NCBI GenBank assembly: GCA_964016885.1
Contig: OZ024760.1
Location: 32,302,001 to 32,366,000, forward strand
Length of the DNA: 64,000 nucleotides
Source of the DNA: Eledone cirrhosa
Taxonomy: Eukaryota
Direction of reading: 5' to 3'
The translations under genes and the position numbers were made by a program. Under the pieces are notes generated by a model. The model was not told the DNA's origin. It searched no databases and saw nothing but the letters and a program-made list of their open reading frames with translations. This document shows positions 57,348-64,000 of the stretch, piece by piece (the first letter of the stretch is position 1; every line of letters begins with the position of its first letter).

Positions 57348-58286
57348 CATAAATCATGTCTTTAGAATTATTAGATAAAATATATACCATTTCCTCTCCC
57401 AATTAGCATAATTAACCATATAAAAAATCAATTAGACCAAGCTATAAGAATAAAGGCTCCTATGAAGAAATTTCCGACAAATAACCGAAAGCGGCCTCTT
57501 CGCGGTAGCTCCGATAGTGTATTTATCCAACATTTCAACAGCATGTAGAAATTGACTAAATATACCGTCAACCATACACAATTAGGTGTAAATTCAAACT
57601 TAGAAGAAATATGTACATACCATAATTATATCTCTACCATGGTTTCATCTGTATTTTTAGACATCCAATAACAGGATACGTCCAGAGTATCGGACTCATC
57701 AGGAGCGAACTCAAAATTAGACATTTAATTTTCCAAAGTGATCGCGCCAAAAATATTCAAAAATGGCTAAGAATCGTGACGTGACAGTGGTCAAGTTAGA
57801 AAGAATGTGATTAGTTGCTTACGGCGGGTAGGCTTGTTGCTAGAAAGTGCAGCCCAATATTGCCCAATCGTATCTCAACCTAACGGGAGATTATTAAATA
57901 TAAAGATTTACATATACATAAACATAGTCATAGATATATATGTGTTTTGCAACTGGTCACGTTGTGGCTCAATGAAGAATTAATAAATTAAATAATCAGA
58001 GCAATATATCATAAATCATGTCTTTAGAATTATTAGATAAAATATATACCATTTCCTCTCCCAATTAGCATAATTAACCATATAAAAAATCAATTAGACC
58101 AAGCTATAAGAATAAAGGCTCCTATGAAGGAGAGGAAATGGTATATATTTTATCTAGTTAATTCTAAAGACATGATTTATGATATATTGCTCTGATTATT
58201 TAATTTATTAATTCTTCATTGAGCCACAACGTGACCAGTTGCAAAACACATATATATCTATGACTTTGTTTATGTATATGTAAATC
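57346..58286. mobile_element. Non-coding ~660-bp-unit element, partial tandem + inverted end (PLE-like geometry)
   Basis: 57351-57477 repeats at ~58013-58129; ~58129-58286 is the reverse complement of ~57905-58061. Confidence 0.7.
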
Positions 58287-58548
58287 ATCATCATCATCAT
58301 CATCATCACCGTTTTACGTGCGTTCTTCCACGCTAGCATGGGTTAGACGGGTTGTCCTGTGGTGGGCAGTGTCTGGTCGGCTGACCATGCCTTGCTCATT
58401 TGGCTTGATTTCTACAGCTGGATGCCCTTCCTAACACCAACCTCATTTACAGTGAGTGCTGGGTGCTTTTTTGTGGCGCCTACACGTCCACTTTACAGTG
58501 TGGGCTGGGTGCTTTTTTTGCCGTGGCACTTCCACGACCACCTTGCAG
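58287..58548 (-). mobile_element. RTE family C 3' UTR fragment
   Basis: Matches 23770-24015; (GAT)n tail. Confidence 0.88.
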
Positions 58549-58621
<73 letters not shown>

Positions 58622-59009
58622 TTATTGACTTAATTTTCTCATTTTTTCCTCTCTTTACGTTGCCTCACCATTCGTATTTGTTTACCTGTCTCTCTTTCTC
58701 CACCCAACTCTTTTTATCCCAATAACTTATTTTAGTTATTGCATCGCCTTAGCCTGAGGTATATGGTCTGTAATGCGAAGGGATCTGTATCTCGTTTATG
58801 TAGTCACATGTTCTACCGAGTGCACAGGGGAGGTTGTCATGTCTTTCACACTACTGAGGGTTTTCCCAACCCTTTGGCATGGCTTCTATGGCTGGACACT
58901 CTTCCTACCACCAATCACTTTACTGTGTGTACTGAGTGCATTTATTGTATAGATCACCAACACTAGGGAAGCTGTCCTGCCTTGACAATACTGGAGGGTA
59001 CTCTCGACC

Positions 59010-59490
59010 CTTTCTTTGGCAAGCCCTCCATGGCTGGATGCCTTTCCCATAACCAACCACTTTGCAAGGAGGTATCAGCTAAGTTGGGGTGTAGTGGTGT
59101 TGAGGTTAGCTGTGGTGGATGTAAGGGGCATCAGGCCACATTGTATGTTGCAGTCTTCTTCAGCCTCATGGTCTTTAGTAATTTCTATTGTAAGGTTTAG
59201 TTTTTTAGATGTCAGTCTTCTCAACCTCATCCCATATCTTCCTGGGTCTGCCTCTTCCATGGGCCCCAGCAACTAGGATTTCTTTGAATTTCTTTATGCA
59301 GCTGTTCCATGCACATGTCGATACCAACACAGTCTTCTCTCTTGCACACTACATCCAATTCCTCTTCTACCAAGTTTTTCTCTGTTTACTTATACTATGT
59401 CACTCATGCACTCTAACATTACACATCCATCGGGGCATATCGACTCATTTCTAGCCTCTGCAGGTCCTCTGTGGACAAGGCCCATGTTTC
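59010..59490 (-). pseudogene. Old decayed RTE 3' fragment
   Basis: Residual LRWM, RRLCWY and GRGRP-like segments and a 3' UTR core. Confidence 0.55.
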
Positions 59491-59701
59491 ACTGCCTCAT
59501 AACTAAACCGTGGGAGCGGGGTGGTCTTACTGTCATTTCTGGCCAGTTGACTGCACTGTACCTTGCTTATAACGAGACTTCGGTTTGGCTGGCTTTTTGT
59601 CACCTGCTGGAAGTCCTTCTTAATACCAACTATGTTTACTGTTATGGGATGGGTCTGGCCAATTGGCCATGCCATACCTCGCCCATAGCGGGACTGTGAT
59701 T

Positions 59702-59726
<25 letters not shown>

Positions 59727-59732
<6 letters not shown>

Positions 59733-60300
59733 GACGACAGCTGTATAAAAAAGTGCAGGGCAATAAAAATAGACGGTAGCCACGGAGTAGGCAGACCCAG
59801 AAAAACCTGGGACGACTTGATAAATTCCGACCTCACACACTTACACCTCTCCAAGACAATGTCACTGGACCGAGATCTTTGGCGCTACACAGTAATAGAG
59901 AAGACCCCGCCTTACCTAAATACAAAGTAAAACCTACTACAGTCAGTAGGCACCTCTAACAAAATACACCCCCGTCCCACTACCTCCACCCCATCCACGC
60001 CACCCCTTTCAATGTAAAGTTGTGTTGGTACCACAACATCCAGGACGAAACAAATGAGGTCGTGTAGGTGTCACGTCAAAAAACACAGTCCACGCTGTAA
60101 TGTGGCCGTGTAGGTAACACGGTAAAAACCTCCCAGTTCCACACTGTAAATGTGGTTGGTGTTAGGAAGGGCATCCAGCTGTAGAAAACCCGCCAGACAG
60201 TCCTATGCGAGCAAGACAACCACTCTTGCCTCAAGTGGGAAAACTCCCGTCCAAACCCATGCAAGCGTGGAATATGGACGTTAAACGATGATGATGATGA
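59727..60300 (+). mobile_element. RTE family A 3' fragment
   Basis: [28 protein letters not shown], then the 3' UTR and (GAT)n tail. Confidence 0.9.
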
Positions 60301-60390
60301 TATATAATCATCATCATTATCGTTTAACATCCATCTTCCATGCTAGCATGGGTTAGACGGGAGTTGTCTCGCTCATATAGGACTAGATAT

Positions 60391-60655
60391 ATCATCATCA
60401 TTTCATTTTATGTCCGCTTTTCCCCTGCTTGCAAGGGTGGGACGGGAACTGATTCTGGCTTGATTTCTACAGCTGGATGCCCTTCCTAACACCAACCTCA
60501 TTTACAGTGAGTGCTGGGTGCTTTTTTGCCGTGGCACCTCCACGACCACTTTGCAATGGAATGATAGGGACCCCAGTCCCTATCATCTCATTTCTACAGC
60601 TGAGTAAATTGGAGCAATGTGAAATAAAGTGCCTTGCTCAAGGAAACAACACATC
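60391..60655 (-). mobile_element. 5'-truncated copy of the tRNA/CORE-like SINE
   Basis: Matches 8707-8968; tRNA head missing. Confidence 0.85.
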
Positions 60656-60656
60656 C

Positions 60657-60688
<32 letters not shown>

Positions 60689-61476
60689 TCATATATACAT
60701 CGCTATTTCAGAGCACCAATACTAATACCTAATTTTTGCAGAACCAGCAGTCACTCTGTGTAATCAACTCCTGATTATTACTGGAATTCTATAAGAATCC
60801 AGCTTCTATCATTTTCAGCAGAAGCAGGGGAGTGCGTGGTTTTGATAAATGCCAACCAGCGTGAAACAGACTGTCAGCCTCACTCCCTACCTTTGCCGAA
60901 AATAAGTGACATAGTCACTACTTTAAAACTGATAGCGTATAGTCTTCTAAATGTTTTTAATTAAACATACGGTATATTGCCAAATATACTATACATACAT
61001 TCATATATATATGAACTGAATTTTGATATGATTTTTGAAACAATTGTAAACTAATAAATATATTAGTTCAACAATTTGGTATTTTATTCTCTAACAATTT
61101 CTATATTAATCCTCTAACTATACACTTTTTGCTCAACATATATTTCTCTCGCTTACTTTCATTGTTCACTTGTCCTGCACTCTATATGTATTGAGTACAC
61201 TGTCCTCTGACTACTGGCTTATAATTCTCACAACTAATCTCCTTCCTTCTTGATTGGGTTGTACACAAACTTTTGATATATATATAGACATATATATGTA
61301 TATTTAGACATACATATATTTGTTATACTTAGGGAGGGTCATGCTGCCAATAAAAACACAGGCACTAGTATTTTATTAACAGTATGTATGACCCTCCCAA
61401 AGTATATGTATAGTTTTATATATATATATATATAACTATGGATAATGTTCTCTTGATGTTGATATATGTATTTCTA

Positions 61477-61793
61477 TCATCATCATCATCATTTTACGTC
61501 TGCTTTCCCCTGGTTGCCAGGGTGGGACGGGAACTGATTCTGCCCTTCCTAACACCAACCTCATTTACAGTGAGTGCTGGGTGCTTTTTTGCCATGGCAC
61601 TGCCACGACCACTTTACAGTGGAATAATATGGACCCCAGTCCCTAACATCTCATTTCTACAGCTGAGTAAACTGGAGCAATGTGAAATAAAGTGTCTTGC
61701 TCAAGGAAACAACATATCACCCGGTCTGAGAATTGAACTCACAACCTTTCGATTGCAAGGCCAATGCTCTAACCACTGAGCCATGTGCCTCTA
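61477..61793 (-). mobile_element. tRNA/CORE-like SINE, near full length
   Basis: Matches 8707-9043 with a short internal deletion; A and B boxes present. Confidence 0.85.
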
Positions 61794-62096
61794 CATATAT
61801 ATATGTATGTGTGTGTGTGTATATCCTGGGTTCAGTCGGGGGTAACCACAGTAAGTAAGATACTCAATACATAGCAGAGTATAAATATTTAATATAGAAA
61901 TGGCTTCTACAGGACTAGTACTGGGCTTTTCTGACAATTTCCTTCAAATGAAATAGTTCTAGTCCTGTAGAAGCTGTATTAAATATATATATATATATAT
62001 ATATATACTGGCTTAGTCAACATGGGGACCTCAACAATATATATAAGGCTCCTTAAGTTGCTTGAGATGTAATAATTAAATATAAATCTTCTAAAA

Positions 62097-62290
62097 TGTT
62101 ATATGTAGGGATGGTCATGTTAGTATTGCCAATAACAAAAAACACGCGCACCATGTGATACTCACTTTATCTTTATTGTTCGTTTGTCAAAGTTCTTTTG
62201 TCACACATTTTGTGACCTCCTCTGGCTATCTGTTTTCTTTTGTGCCTTCTCTTCTTTCTGGTCTTAAACTTCTTCTCCATCTTGTCTTTT
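62097..62290 (-). mobile_element. Decayed PLE pseudo-LTR remnant (family 1/2 relative)
   Basis: Retains GTCACA/TGTGAC stem II, TATTGGCAA and an ATGACC.TCCC-like terminus. Confidence 0.6.
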
Positions 62291-62379
62291 GTTATTTCTC
62301 AGTCTCTCTCTCTATCTATCTATCTATATATATGCTGTTGGCATCAAACTAGCCAATAACCACTGTCTTTTCACTACAG

Positions 62380-62448
62380 GACCACGCAGCTTCAGTCGAC
62401 CTCCTCAAATCGTTACAAGATTTACCTATGACTCTAGATGTCCTCCAG
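62380..62448 (+). CDS. TCEA1: Transcription elongation factor TFIIS (TCEA-like), internal coding exon
   Basis: cag|GAC...CAG|gtaag; DHAASVDLLKSLQDLPMTLDVLQ resembles TFIIS domain I (ALDLLKELKNIPMTLELLQ); 69 nt, phase 0-0. Confidence 0.88.
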
Positions 62449-62686
62449 GTAAGACCCTTTCACTCCAGTCTGTTCTAGTGTGTCTTTTGTTAGAAGTATA
62501 GCAGTGGAAGGGTTAATATTTTTATATTTATCTAAAAACCTTCCATTATAATTTTATATCAGAACATTTATGTTCCAAGCATAATAAGGAGAAAGTTAGA
62601 TGTGTTACGACATGTTTTCAAATTCTTCATTAATTTCAAGATGGGAGTGTCTTTTGTTAGAATTATGGCAGTAGAAGGGTTAATGT

Positions 62687-62869
62687 TTAACCCTTTAGCA
62701 TTTAAACCAGCCATAACTGGCTGCTCATACTGATGTTAAGGTATTGTTCTCAAAATGAATAATATAAAAATCTCACAGATTCGATATTGTGTGAGATAAT
62801 TATGAGATAAAGTGTTTACTATGAAAATACCATAGTAAATAAAGAATAATGTAAATACTAAAGGGTAAA
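62687..62869. mobile_element. piggyBac-like MITE remnant
   Basis: TTAA-CCCTTTAGCATTTA ... TAAATACTAAAGGG-TAAA imperfect terminal inverted repeats. Confidence 0.55.
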
Positions 62870-63065
62870 TATTTATCTAAAAACCTTTCATTATAATTTT
62901 ATGTGAATCAATAACAGCACAAATATATCATCATCGTTAGTCTATTTTTCCATGTTTGCATGGGTTGTGGAGTTATGAGACAAGTCAGGTCTAGAAACCA
63001 TGTCTTGTTCATACAGATCTGTATTTTGGCTTGGTTCCTACTACTGGATGCCTTTCCTAACATCA

Positions 63066-63243
63066 ACCACTTTACAGAGTGGACTGGGTACTTTTTGTCC
63101 TGACACCTACATGACCACTTTACAGTGTGGACTGGGTACTTTTTGTCCTGACACCTACATGACCACTTTACAGTGTGGACTGGGTACTTTTTGTCCTGAC
63201 ACCTACATGACCACTTTACAGTGTGGACTGGGTGTTTTTTGTT
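63066..63243. repeat. 48-bp tandem repeat (~3.7 copies) within an RTE-3'UTR-like element
   Basis: ACCACTTTACAG.GTGGACTGGGT starts at 63066, 63114, 63162 and 63210. Confidence 0.9.
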
Positions 63244-63295
63244 GTCACCATGATCACCTTACAGGATGTGTATATATAGTAATGTTGTTCTTCAG

Positions 63296-63422
63296 AAAAC
63301 CAGAATAGGTATGACAGTCAACAACTTCCGTAAGTCCAGTAATGCAGACGAGGTGATCAGTTTGTCAAAGGCACTGATTAAAAGTTGGAAGAAACTTTTA
63401 CCAGGAGAAAGCACAAATTCCA
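63296..63422 (+). CDS. TCEA1: TFIIS (TCEA-like) next exon
   Basis: ttcttcag|AAA...A|gtgagt; [37 protein letters not shown] is the TFIIS N-terminal domain signature; 127 nt, phase 0-1. Confidence 0.93.
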
Positions 63423-63638
63423 GTGAGTACTGTTGTTGTTGTTGTCATTGTTGTTAGTGTTGTGAGTGTTGTGATCTTCTGTTATTGTTGTTAATTTGTT
63501 GTTAATATTGTTGTTATTCATATTTCTAGTGTTGTGATCCACTCAACTTTGTTGTCAGTGTTATGATCTGTTGTTAGTGTTGTGATCTGTTGTATTATTT
63601 CCACACATTATAAAAGTTTTCCTGTTCTTCCTCTTCAG

Positions 63639-63857
63639 AATCCTCTTCTTCCTCCTCGTCACAGTCATCGGGTAAAAGTAACAATGTCAGTAAAATAGAC
63701 GAGTCTTCACATGACAGCACTGACAGTAATTCCCACGATGTCAAGAAACAAGAAGGTGACACAAAGGGAGCCCAGGCAGGCAGTAAACTGACTGACACAA
63801 GTGATCCCATACGCCTGAAATGTCGCGAGCTCCTCTGTAATGCTTTAAAAGTAGACA
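63639..63857 (+). CDS. TCEA1: TFIIS (TCEA-like) next exon: Ser-rich linker and start of domain II
   Basis: ctcttcag|AA...A|gtgagt; phase-compatible with the previous exon; ends TDTSDPIRLKCRELLCNALKVD. Confidence 0.9.
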
Positions 63858-63889
63858 GTGAGTATCTCACTCTTGTATGTATTTATTAT

Positions 63890-64000
63890 ACCACCTTAGT
63901 CTCACCTGAGACTCTGGTATATTATTATTGTATCACCTTAGTCTCACCTGAGACTCTGGTATATTATTATTATATCAACTTAGTCTCACCTGAGACTCTG
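63890..64000. repeat. ~42-bp intronic minisatellite with internal hairpin
   Basis: CTTAGTCTCACCTGAGACTCTGG repeats at ~63895, 63937 and 63980; AGTCTCA-CC-TGAGACT is self-complementary. Confidence 0.85.

Noticed and set aside
57763-57810. MAKNRDVTVVKLERM as TFIIS exon 1
   Set aside because: Ends in TGA with no phase-0 splice donor and lies inside a repeat element.
63066-63243. CRISPR-like array
   Set aside because: Contiguous tandem units with no unique spacers, eukaryotic context, no cas genes; the same applies to the 230-bp and 42-bp repeats.

Overview
AT-rich eukaryotic (animal) DNA. The repeat repertoire suggests a mollusc, plausibly a cephalopod, but that is inference. About 53 kb is a nest of retroelements embedded in one strand-polarised (TA)n-TTTATG microsatellite. 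It holds two related Penelope-like element (PLE) families inserted as head-to-head inverted pairs, one forming a ~7 kb near-perfect palindrome with two identical 898-aa RT + GIY-YIG ORFs. It also holds a decayed Neptune-type PLE, at least three RTE LINE families with an internal PHD-type zinc finger, CR1 and L1/Tx1 fragments, and tRNA/CORE-type SINEs. The PLE pseudo-LTRs contain hammerhead ribozyme motifs, and a separate non-coding 310-bp tandem repeat carries one intact hammerhead per unit (retrozyme-like). Several other non-coding elements share PLE insertion geometry, most with decayed hammerheads. The only host gene seen is transcription elongation factor TFIIS (TCEA), three coding exons at 62.4-63.9 kb; its first exon was not found. 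All calls are from reading the sequence by eye, with no database search or folding run.
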